A program made the position numbers and the translations under genes. From Candidatus Woesearchaeota archaeon (lineage in GTDB: Archaea; Nanobdellota; Nanobdellia; SCGC-AAA011-G17; PNOQ01): a DNA stretch of 64,000 nt. How positions within the stretch are numbered: the stretch's first letter is position 1; every line of letters starts with the position of its first letter. This document shows, piece after piece, positions 37,218 through 45,699 of this stretch. Location of the stretch: assembly GCA_964471565.1 (NCBI GenBank), contig CAYYFK010000002.1, forward strand, positions 849 to 64,848. The letters are read 5' to 3'. Below the pieces are notes generated by a model that ran no database searches, had not been told where the DNA came from, and was given only the letters and a program-made list of their open reading frames with translations.

Positions 37218-38063
37218 CTAAAGTTTAAGAGCTCCAATATCATTTATAAATTTATCTACAACACTCTTTTTACTACACCAAATCACCCAAGAATTGTTCG
37301 CTTTATCAAAATAAGGGGGTCTTACAGAAAGTCCAACAAATCGAAATAATAAATAAACCTGATTTAAAAATTTCTTTGATTTTTGCCTTAATTGAAAACA
37401 TAATTTTCCTCTATGAAAATATTTATTCCCATCGCTATCCATCAATCCCCTTAGAAAATACTTTATATAAACAGAATCATTTTTTATTTTAGCTGGAACT
37501 CTAATGGAATCATATTTCTCACCAATAGGAATTTCATAATAAGTGTTCAAGAAAAATAATAAAGCCTTAGAATAGATACAAACATCATAACAGCCCTTGC
37601 CCTTATGACAACTTGGCCTAATTCCAAAAAGATGCTCCATTAATTCAGAAACGTGATTTATTCTCTCTTTCCCTTTAACAGCAATCCTAACAGAATAACT
37701 TTGCCTCTTTAATTCCCTTTCTTTACTTATACAAAGACATCCATCTCCTAACAACAAACCCAAAAAGTAATACAAACGAAAATCCACATTTTCTGGAAGA
37801 TTAATTGTATTCCCACTATTAATAGACAAAGAACTAACATTTACTCTTTCAATATTATTTTTTTCACAAATATCAATTAAACAAGAAACCGGAATAGGTC
37901 TTTCTTTTCGTTTCCAATAATAAATAGATCTTTCAGAAACCCCTTCAACCTCTTTAGGATTTAAATTTGAAATAGTTTCTTCAAGGGCAAGATCATTAAA
38001 AAGGATGCAAATATTCTTTTTATTCGATATCAATCTTTTTAAATCTTTAACACCCAATTCCAT
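37218..38063 (-). CDS. LAGLIDADG-family homing-endonuclease-like protein (two motifs)
   Basis: YYFLGLLLGDGCL and KYFLRGLMDSDGNKYF dodecapeptide motifs; start moved to MELGVKDL (ATG 38063) because the upstream 42 codons read through the promoter element. Confidence 0.65.
   Translation of the reverse strand: MELGVKDLKRLISNKKNICILFNDLALEETISNLNPKEVEGVSERSIYYWKRKERPIPVSCLIDICEKNNIERVNVSSLSINSGNTINLPENVDFRLYYFLGLLLGDGCLCISKERELKRQSYSVRIAVKGKERINHVSELMEHLFGIRPSCHKGKGCYDVCIYSKALLFFLNTYYEIPIGEKYDSIRVPAKIKNDSVYIKYFLRGLMDSDGNKYFHRGKLCFQLRQKSKKFLNQVYLLFRFVGLSVRPPYFDKANNSWVIWCSKKSVVDKFINDIGALKL
37243..37256 (-). promoter_or_regulatory. candidate TATA box for the tRNA-like gene, inside the 3' end of the LAGLIDADG ORF
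   Basis: Minus-strand taaatttataaa about 30 nt upstream of the tRNA-like 5' end. Confidence 0.3.
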
Positions 38064-38083
38064 GGTCTTCAATAGTGAAATCC

Positions 38084-38123
38084 ATTTATAAATTATTTCC
38101 GCGTGCGTGACAAGCTGACAAGA
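38084..38123 (-). promoter_or_regulatory. TATA box plus upstream GC-rich direct-repeat box (copy B)
   Basis: Minus-strand CTTGTCAGCTTGTCACGCACGCGGAAATAATTTATAAAT, about 21 nt upstream of the LAGLIDADG ATG; matches copy A at 33 of 35 upstream positions. Confidence 0.45.
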
Positions 38124-38172
38124 AAACCTTACTACAGCAAAGATTATAAAGATAAATAACTCCTCAAAATCA

Positions 38173-38550
38173 ATGGTAATGAAATACACGGCAAATCATA
38201 AGTACAGGCCAAATCTACAAGATGGAGATGTAGAATGTCCAATTAAATTAGAACAAGGCATCTTAGAATTATATGGAAAATATAAAACAGGATCTATTCA
38301 CAAGGGTCCAATGAAGAGAGTATTTGGAAGCAACTATGAAATTTTTAGTAGAAAAGTTAATAGATTAATAAGAGGATCAAGTGTTTCATTGGAAGACAGA
38401 GATAAATTAAAACTCAGCGATGGAAGAAGAATCAAAAGTTTATCCCTAGAAATATGTTTAGAAGAGGGGATAGAAAGAGCTAAGAAACAAAGAAAAGAAT
38501 ACGAAAAACTCTACAGAATCAGACCCGAAGTGGAGAGAATGCGATTCTAA
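38173..38550 (+). CDS. hypothetical basic protein
   Basis: 125-aa ORF divergent from the LAGLIDADG gene and upstream of leuS. Confidence 0.35.
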   Translation: MVMKYTANHKYRPNLQDGDVECPIKLEQGILELYGKYKTGSIHKGPMKRVFGSNYEIFSRKVNRLIRGSSVSLEDRDKLKLSDGRRIKSLSLEICLEEGIERAKKQRKEYEKLYRIRPEVERMRF

Positions 38551-38591
38551 CAATCCAAAAATATTTAAATATCTCAAATCAACAAATTCTT

Positions 38592-41195
38592 ATGAATTAC
38601 AATGAAATAGAGAAAAAGTGGCAAGAAGATTGGGAAAAAGCTCAAATCTATCAAGTAGATGAAGATTCAAAAAAACAAAAGTTCTACTGCCTAAGCATGT
38701 ACCCATATCCATCGGGTTCAGGATTACATATAGGTCACGCCTCAAACTTCTCAATAACTGATGTTTTTTCTAGATTCAAAAGGATGCAAGGTTTTAACGT
38801 TCTACATCCCATGGGATTTGACTCATTTGGATTGCCTGCAGAAAACGCCGCAATAAAAAACAACTCTCATCCAAAATTATTTACTGAAAAAGCGATAAAG
38901 AATTTCATAAAACAAATGAAAGAGCTAGGTCTTAGTTATGATTGGTCTAGAGTTATTTATTCTCACGATCCCGACTATTACAAATGGAATCAATGGTTAT
39001 TTCTACAAATGTATAAAAAAGGATTAGCATACAAAAAAACTGCTCCAGTTAATTGGTGTACAAAATGTAATACTGTTCTTGCAAATGAACAAGTTGTAAA
39101 TGGTTGCTGTTGGAGACATGAAGATACCGAGGTAGAAATCAAAGAATTAAATCAATGGTTTTACAAAACAACAGATTATTCCAAGGAGCTAGTTAAGGAT
39201 TTAGAAAAACTAGATTGGCCAGAAGAAATAAAACAAATGCAAAGAAATTGGATTGGAGAATCTGAAGGAACAATAGTAAATTTCAAATTAAAAGATACAA
39301 AAGAAGACATTCCAATTTTTACAACAAGAGTAGATACAATCTATGGAGTTACTTTTATGGTTTTTGCTCCAGAACATCCAAAAGTTCAAGAGCTAGTAAA
39401 AGGAACAAAGCATGAAAAAGACGTAAAAGAATTTACAAAAAAAGTAATGCTTCAAGATAAATTCGAAAGAACCGCAGAAGATACAGAGAAAGAAGGTCTA
39501 TTCACTGGAAAATATGCAATAAACCCCTTAACAAATGAGGAGATTCCAATTTACATAGGAAACTTCGTAATCCCCGATTATGGTGGTGGCGCAGTTATGG
39601 CAGTACCAGCCCACGATCAAAGAGATTTTGAGTTTGCAAAGAAATATGACATTCCAATAAAGGAAGTTATAATTCCTAAAGACAAAGTAATAGATAAATT
39701 AGAGAATGCTTATGTCGAAGATGGAATTCTAATTAATTCAGATAAATTCAATGATTTAAATAATAGAAAAGCAATCGAAGAAATAACAAAACACTTAGAG
39801 AAAAAGAGATTAGGAAACAAAACAACAAATTACAGATTAAGAGATTGGTTACTATCAAGACAAAGATATTGGGGAACTCCAATTCCAATTTTGTATTGTG
39901 ATAAATGTGGATTAGTTCCAGAAAAAGAAAAAAATCTTCCAGTAAAATTACCAGAAGATGTCAATTTCAAATCTGGGGGGAACCCGTTAGAAACTTCAAA
40001 AGAATACCAAAACGCAGTATGTCCAAAATGTAAGGGAAAAGCAAAAAGAGAAACAGACACAATGGACACATTTATTGATTCTTCATGGTATTTCTTAAGA
40101 TACTTAGATCCCAATAATGACAAGAAAATATTTTCTAAGAAAAAAGCAGATTATTGGATGCCAATAGACCTTTACATAGGTGGAAAAGAACACGCAACTG
40201 GCCACCTAATTTATTGTAGATTCATAACTAAAGTCTTGAAAGATCTAAAATTAATAAAAACAAAAGAACCAATTCAAAAACTTTTCAACCAAGGAATGCT
40301 ACATAAAAATGGAGTAGTAATGTCTAAGTCAAAAGGAAATGTAGTTACGCAAGAAGATATATCAGAAAAATATGGGATAGATACAGCAAGATTTTTCCTA
40401 TTTTCAATTTCTTCTCCAGAAAAAGACAAAGAATGGTCAGATAAAGGAATAGAAGGATCATTCAGAGTTATAAACAAAATTCTACCATTAGCAGAAAAAA
40501 AATTCTCAAAAGATAAAACTCCAGAGCTAGATAATATACTAAACAAAACAATAAAAAATATAACAGAAACGATTGAAAACTTACAATATAATTTATCAAC
40601 AATTTATTTAACGGAATTAATTAACTTCCTATCTAGAAATGAAATAACAAAGGAGTCCGTAGAAACATTAGCTAAGTTACTTTCTCCATTTACACCACAT
40701 ATAGCAGAGGAACTATGGAATAAATTAGGAAATAAAGAGTTTGCCTTAGAACAAAAATGGCCAAAATATTCAGAAGAAAAAATAAATCCGGAGATTGATG
40801 CTCAAGAAGAACTAGTAAAAAACACGATAAACGATGTTAAAGCAATTATGGATTTAGTCAAAATAGAACCAAAAAAAGCAACTATCTCAGTAGCAGAAGG
40901 ATGGAAATACGAATTAATTAAAAATTTTAAAGAAGAATTGAAAAAAACAAGAGAACTTTCAAAATTAATAAAAAAAGTAATGGTTCAAGAGCATGCAAAA
41001 GAGATTTCAAAAATAATTCCTTCATTATTAAGAAACGAATCTAAAATTCCAAAAGTAGTTTTAACACAACAAAAAGAGTTTAGAGTTTTAGAGAAAAACA
41101 GAGAATTATTAGAAAAAGAATTAAACATAGAAATAGAAATAAGAAGAAACAACGAAAAAGCAATGCCCTCTAAACCATCAATAAAAATTGAATAA
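38592..41195 (+). CDS. leuS: leucyl-tRNA synthetase
   Basis: HIGH variant (GLHIGHASNF), KMSKS variant (VMSKSKGN), CP1 editing insertion, Zn knuckles (CTKCNT, CPKCKGK). Confidence 0.9.
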   Translation: MNYNEIEKKWQEDWEKAQIYQVDEDSKKQKFYCLSMYPYPSGSGLHIGHASNFSITDVFSRFKRMQGFNVLHPMGFDSFGLPAENAAIKNNSHPKLFTEKAIKNFIKQMKELGLSYDWSRVIYSHDPDYYKWNQWLFLQMYKKGLAYKKTAPVNWCTKCNTVLANEQVVNGCCWRHEDTEVEIKELNQWFYKTTDYSKELVKDLEKLDWPEEIKQMQRNWIGESEGTIVNFKLKDTKEDIPIFTTRVDTIYGVTFMVFAPEHPKVQELVKGTKHEKDVKEFTKKVMLQDKFERTAEDTEKEGLFTGKYAINPLTNEEIPIYIGNFVIPDYGGGAVMAVPAHDQRDFEFAKKYDIPIKEVIIPKDKVIDKLENAYVEDGILINSDKFNDLNNRKAIEEITKHLEKKRLGNKTTNYRLRDWLLSRQRYWGTPIPILYCDKCGLVPEKEKNLPVKLPEDVNFKSGGNPLETSKEYQNAVCPKCKGKAKRETDTMDTFIDSSWYFLRYLDPNNDKKIFSKKKADYWMPIDLYIGGKEHATGHLIYCRFITKVLKDLKLIKTKEPIQKLFNQGMLHKNGVVMSKSKGNVVTQEDISEKYGIDTARFFLFSISSPEKDKEWSDKGIEGSFRVINKILPLAEKKFSKDKTPELDNILNKTIKNITETIENLQYNLSTIYLTELINFLSRNEITKESVETLAKLLSPFTPHIAEELWNKLGNKEFALEQKWPKYSEEKINPEIDAQEELVKNTINDVKAIMDLVKIEPKKATISVAEGWKYELIKNFKEELKKTRELSKLIKKVMVQEHAKEISKIIPSLLRNESKIPKVVLTQQKEFRVLEKNRELLEKELNIEIEIRRNNEKAMPSKPSIKIE

Positions 41196-41255
41196 CTTCA
41201 AACTAAATTGAACATAAAATAACCTTTATAAATCGAATTCTACCATTAAAATAAA

Positions 41256-41897
41256 ATGAAAGATGAGACATTTATGCTGTTATCAATGAAAGATTCAAAA
41301 AATGTAGCTAATGCTATGTCGAATGAAACAGCACAAAAAATAATTTCTTATTTAGCAGAACACAAAGAATCAACAGAATCAGATATTGCAAAAAATCTAA
41401 AGGTTCCGCTACCAACGGTACATTATAATATTCAACAATTAAAAAAAGCTAAACTAATTGATGCAAAAGAATTTTTTTGGAGTAAAAAAGGAAAAGAAAT
41501 GTTAGTTTACAAATTAGCAAAGAAGTATATTATAATCTCTCCTGACAATTCAGAGAATTCCTTATCAAAATTAAAAACCCTTCTTCCAGTTACCTTGTTA
41601 AGCCTAGTGGGCTCTGGAGCAATTTATTTTTGGCAGAAAGCAAAATTAACATCAACAAAACTAATTGGAACAGCCTCAGATGCATTTGCCAATGGCGGAG
41701 CGATGGAAAAAGCAGCATTGGACGCCAGTAAGGAAGAAATTGCTGGAAAAATGATGGCTGGTGGGGATCAAGTTGCAGATCTAACACAGGAGGTAGTAAC
41801 CAAAGTGATACCTCCAAACTACGCATTATTTTTCTTAATGGGATCATTATCAGTAATTCTATTAATTTTACTGCTCTCACTACTAAGAAGAAAATAA
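41256..41897 (+). CDS. membrane-anchored winged-helix (ArsR-like) regulator
   Basis: N-terminal HTH (TAQKIISYLAEHKESTESDIAKNLKVPLPTVHYNIQQLKKAKLI), central and C-terminal TM segments. Confidence 0.4.
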   Translation: MKDETFMLLSMKDSKNVANAMSNETAQKIISYLAEHKESTESDIAKNLKVPLPTVHYNIQQLKKAKLIDAKEFFWSKKGKEMLVYKLAKKYIIISPDNSENSLSKLKTLLPVTLLSLVGSGAIYFWQKAKLTSTKLIGTASDAFANGGAMEKAALDASKEEIAGKMMAGGDQVADLTQEVVTKVIPPNYALFFLMGSLSVILLILLLSLLRRK

Positions 41898-41988
41898 TTT
41901 TCACATAACTTTAATTCAGCTTAAAGCCTAAAAGACGTTTATATACAATCTCAATCTACTAATTTTATGAACTTTAAGGAGGTTCAAA

Positions 41989-43080
41989 ATGAAAAAATTA
42001 CTAAGCATGATGTTCATAGGACTCATAGTATTTTCAACATTGGCATTAGCCGTTGATGTAGATACTAGTGAAACACAAATGAAAGAGAATTGCTGGTACT
42101 TACCATCTCTAACTCCGCAGAAATGTGTAGATGAGTACGGACCAAACTACGTTCCGCATGAAAACGATGAAGTACAACTAGATATAGTTTTTGTTGTTGA
42201 TTCAACAGGATCTATGCATGATGAACTCAGAACAATAAAAGAAGAGTTAATCAATATAATGGATAAAATTAATTCAGGACAACCCAGACCAGACGTAAGA
42301 GTTGGAGTTGTAACCTACAGAGATTTTCCAGAAAATAGAAATGAATACTTAACCAAAAGCCACGAACTAACATATGATTTAGAAGAAATAGAAGATTTCA
42401 TAGGAAAGATTGAAGCTCGTGCTGGTGGAGATTATGAAGAAGCAGTTGAAATGGGATTACATAAAGCAATACATGATATGAAGTGGAGAACATCCTCACA
42501 TAAAGCAATATTGTTAATTGGAGATGCTCCTGCTAGGGACCACCATTATCAAGACCAACCAAATTATGGAAACTATCCAGAAGTAGAAGCACATGTAGCA
42601 ACAACAAGATTTGCTCCGGAGGATTGGAATCAACATAATTATGTTTCTTACAACTGGAAAGATGCAATAGAAGATGCACAAGATAGGAACATAAGAATAT
42701 ACACAGCATCCGGTTCAGGAATGAATCAAGAAGGGATAAATCAATGGAAGACAATTGCTGGGAAAACTGGAGGATCATATATTCAATTGATCTACGAAAG
42801 AAGAAATATAATTGAATATTATGAAGAAAGATCAATTCCAGTTGAATACATTCCAGAAGCAATAGAGGATCCAGATTATGAAGAATCTACAAATTCCATT
42901 ATGACTAACAATTTTGGACTCTTTGCCAGTAAATCCATGATGGGTATGGCTGAAGACGCTGGAGTAGATTATTCTGGTTCATTAGACGATATAACTGGAG
43001 AAATAGTTAAAGAACAAACCAACACACAAACAAAAAACTTTTTAGAGAAGATTATTTCCAAACTTTTGTTTTGGGAATAA
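41989..43080 (+). CDS. secreted von Willebrand factor A (vWA) domain protein
   Basis: Signal peptide; MIDAS DIVFVVDSTGSMHDEL; downstream T and D motifs (LIGDAP). Confidence 0.7.
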   Translation: MKKLLSMMFIGLIVFSTLALAVDVDTSETQMKENCWYLPSLTPQKCVDEYGPNYVPHENDEVQLDIVFVVDSTGSMHDELRTIKEELINIMDKINSGQPRPDVRVGVVTYRDFPENRNEYLTKSHELTYDLEEIEDFIGKIEARAGGDYEEAVEMGLHKAIHDMKWRTSSHKAILLIGDAPARDHHYQDQPNYGNYPEVEAHVATTRFAPEDWNQHNYVSYNWKDAIEDAQDRNIRIYTASGSGMNQEGINQWKTIAGKTGGSYIQLIYERRNIIEYYEERSIPVEYIPEAIEDPDYEESTNSIMTNNFGLFASKSMMGMAEDAGVDYSGSLDDITGEIVKEQTNTQTKNFLEKIISKLLFWE

Positions 43081-43169
43081 TTTCTCTTTCCTTTTATTTT
43101 AATCGAAAGTTATATATATTATATATATCCTTACTTCTTATAAAAATTTATTAAACGGAGGTGGACTTA

Positions 43170-43904
43170 TTGAAAAAAATAATTTTAAGTATGATATTCT
43201 TAGTATCCATGTTAGCAATTTCTAGTTGTGCAATAAACAATGAAGATGCAACAGGGAGTGTAGTAAAACCATCACTCACTACTCCTGGAGAAACTGATAC
43301 AAAAGATTCAACAATAGAGGGTACAAAAACAAATGAAAAGTCATTGGGTTTTTTAGATACAATAAAGGCCGCATTAACAAGAACTCAAGCAAAAAATACA
43401 GAACGACAAACAATTTCGAAATCAGACGTTCAAAGTACACAAAAAGATGACGGAGAATGGATATTCCTAAGGAATGGAACTAACGAAACAAACTGTCTAG
43501 ACGCAGATTACAATTATGATTTGAAAGTAACATTGCCAGATCTTGGTTTATTTGCAGGCTACTATCAAAATAAAAGTTTAGAAGCAGATTTAGATCACAA
43601 TGGAAATGTTTCTCTCTCTGACTTCGCATTATTTGGTAGTTATTACAACAATTGCGATTATTCAAATCAAACAGAAGATGTTTGGTGTGAAGACACAGAT
43701 GGAGGAATTAACTATTTTGTGAGAGGAACAGTAACAAATTACAACTATCCATGGACTAACTTTACAGATTACTGTTTAGATCACGAGGGATATTCTAATG
43801 TAATGGAATATTACTGTTTACCAAATAGTACTCTAGCAATGACAAACTATAATTGCTCTACAGGAAACAGCAGTAGTTGGTGTATGAACGGGGCATGTAT
43901 ATAA
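43170..43904 (+). CDS. lipoprotein-like secreted protein with dockerin/EF-hand-like Ca-binding repeats
   Basis: Probable TTG start 6 nt after GGAGGTG; ISSC lipobox-like site; DADYNYD and DLDHNGNVSLSDFALFG repeats; C-terminal Cys-rich module. Confidence 0.45.
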   Translation: MKKIILSMIFLVSMLAISSCAINNEDATGSVVKPSLTTPGETDTKDSTIEGTKTNEKSLGFLDTIKAALTRTQAKNTERQTISKSDVQSTQKDDGEWIFLRNGTNETNCLDADYNYDLKVTLPDLGLFAGYYQNKSLEADLDHNGNVSLSDFALFGSYYNNCDYSNQTEDVWCEDTDGGINYFVRGTVTNYNYPWTNFTDYCLDHEGYSNVMEYYCLPNSTLAMTNYNCSTGNSSSWCMNGACI

Positions 43905-43924
43905 AATAAATATTTTTTCTTTTT

Positions 43925-45664
43925 TTATTTTAAAACCGCTTTAATTCTTCTAACACCAGAACCAACAGATTTTTGCTTTACAACTTTAAACTTTCCCAAC
44001 TTTTTAGTATTAGGAACATGTGGTCCAGAACAGATTTCTTTTGAAAATTTACCGACTGAATAAACAAAAACTCTTTCGCCATATTTATGCTCAAAAACAC
44101 CTTCGGCACCAACCTCTTTTGCCTTTTTTACACTCATCTCTTCTCTAACAACTTCTAGCCCTTCTTTTATTTTTTCATTAACAAGATCCTCAATTTTTTT
44201 AACTTCATCCTTTTCCAACTTTCTATCAAAACTGAAATCAAATCGTAACCTCTCAGAATTAATATTAGATCCTCTTTGTTCAACTTTATTTCCTAAAACT
44301 TTTTGCAAGGCAGTATACAATAGGTGACAAGCAGTATGCAATTTAGTAGTTTCTTCAGAAGTATCAGCCAAACCACTCCCAAATTTTCCCTTAGTAGCAG
44401 TTCTACTCAATTTTTGATGTTTATTAAATTCTTTTTCATAGCCTTTAACATCAACTTTAATTTTCTTCTCTTTAGCCAATTCCAAGGTCATTTCCAAGGG
44501 AAAACCAAAAGATTGAAACAAAAGAAATGATTCCTTTCCAGATATTTTTTTATTTTTTGAAAACTTCTCAAATCTCCTCAATCCCTTTTCTAAAGTTTTT
44601 CCAAATTTAATTTCCTCTTTTTCAATTTCATCCAAAATAAATTTTTTCTTTTCCTTCAAATTAGAATAATCTTTCGAATTAATTTCAATAACTACCTCAG
44701 CTAATTCTTTAGTAAACTTTTTGTTAATCTTTAATAAATTCCCGTGTCTAATTGCAACTCGAATTAATCTTCTCAAAACATATCCTTGATCAACATTACT
44801 TGGAACAACTCCATCTCCAAATAGAAAAGTAGCTGATCGAATATGGTCACAAATTTTACGAATAGAAAATTCATTATCTAACTTAGCTAATCCCTTTATC
44901 TTATTTACAATGGGCAATAACAAACTGCACTCATAAAGATTTTCTTTTCCTTCTAGAATTGCATATATTCTTTCATAGCCGCCACCAAAATCAACATTTT
45001 TCTGTTCCAGTTCTTCATATTTTCCTTTAGAATCTTTATTGTATTGCATAAAAACATTATTCCCTATCTCGACCCAATTTTTATTTTTTACATCAAACTT
45101 ATTGGGCATTTCGTCATTAGATATCCAATAAAATATTTCAGTATCAGGACCACACGGACCAGTCTTACCTGCAGGACCCCAGAAATTTTCTTTCTTATCT
45201 AAATAAACGATTCTATCTTTTGGAATTCCCAAACTGCCCCAGATTTTAGCACTCTCTTTATCTTTTGGGACATTTTTATCTCCTTCAAATACAGAAATAG
45301 CAATTTTATCCTTGTCCAAGTTTAGCCAATCTTTTCCCGTCAGAAATTCAAATGTAAGCTTAATTGCCTCTTCTTTCCAATAATCTCCTAAAGACCAATT
45401 GCCAAACATTTCAAAGAAAGTTAAATGAACATCATCTCCAACTTCCTCAATATCTCCCGTTCTTAGACATCTTTGTACATTAACTAGCCTTTCTCCAGAA
45501 GGATGTTTCTCTCCAAGTAAAAATGGAACTAAAGGGTGCATTCCTGCAGTTGTAAATAAAACCGTGGGATCGTTCTCAGGAATTAAAGAGCTATTTTTTA
45601 TCTCTTTATGTTTTTTCTTTTTGAAAAATTCAATATATTTTTTCCTTAACTCTCTTGCTTCCAT
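43925..45664 (-). CDS. alaS: alanyl-tRNA synthetase, short form with bacterial-type catalytic N-terminus and editing domain, lacking C-Ala
   Basis: NDPTVLFTTAGM class II AlaRS signature; editing-site HTACH...CSGPH; 579 aa. Confidence 0.8.
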   Translation of the reverse strand: MEARELRKKYIEFFKKKKHKEIKNSSLIPENDPTVLFTTAGMHPLVPFLLGEKHPSGERLVNVQRCLRTGDIEEVGDDVHLTFFEMFGNWSLGDYWKEEAIKLTFEFLTGKDWLNLDKDKIAISVFEGDKNVPKDKESAKIWGSLGIPKDRIVYLDKKENFWGPAGKTGPCGPDTEIFYWISNDEMPNKFDVKNKNWVEIGNNVFMQYNKDSKGKYEELEQKNVDFGGGYERIYAILEGKENLYECSLLLPIVNKIKGLAKLDNEFSIRKICDHIRSATFLFGDGVVPSNVDQGYVLRRLIRVAIRHGNLLKINKKFTKELAEVVIEINSKDYSNLKEKKKFILDEIEKEEIKFGKTLEKGLRRFEKFSKNKKISGKESFLLFQSFGFPLEMTLELAKEKKIKVDVKGYEKEFNKHQKLSRTATKGKFGSGLADTSEETTKLHTACHLLYTALQKVLGNKVEQRGSNINSERLRFDFSFDRKLEKDEVKKIEDLVNEKIKEGLEVVREEMSVKKAKEVGAEGVFEHKYGERVFVYSVGKFSKEICSGPHVPNTKKLGKFKVVKQKSVGSGVRRIKAVLK

Positions 45665-45699
45665 AGAAACTAAAGACTAAACTTAATTTAAAAAACTTT

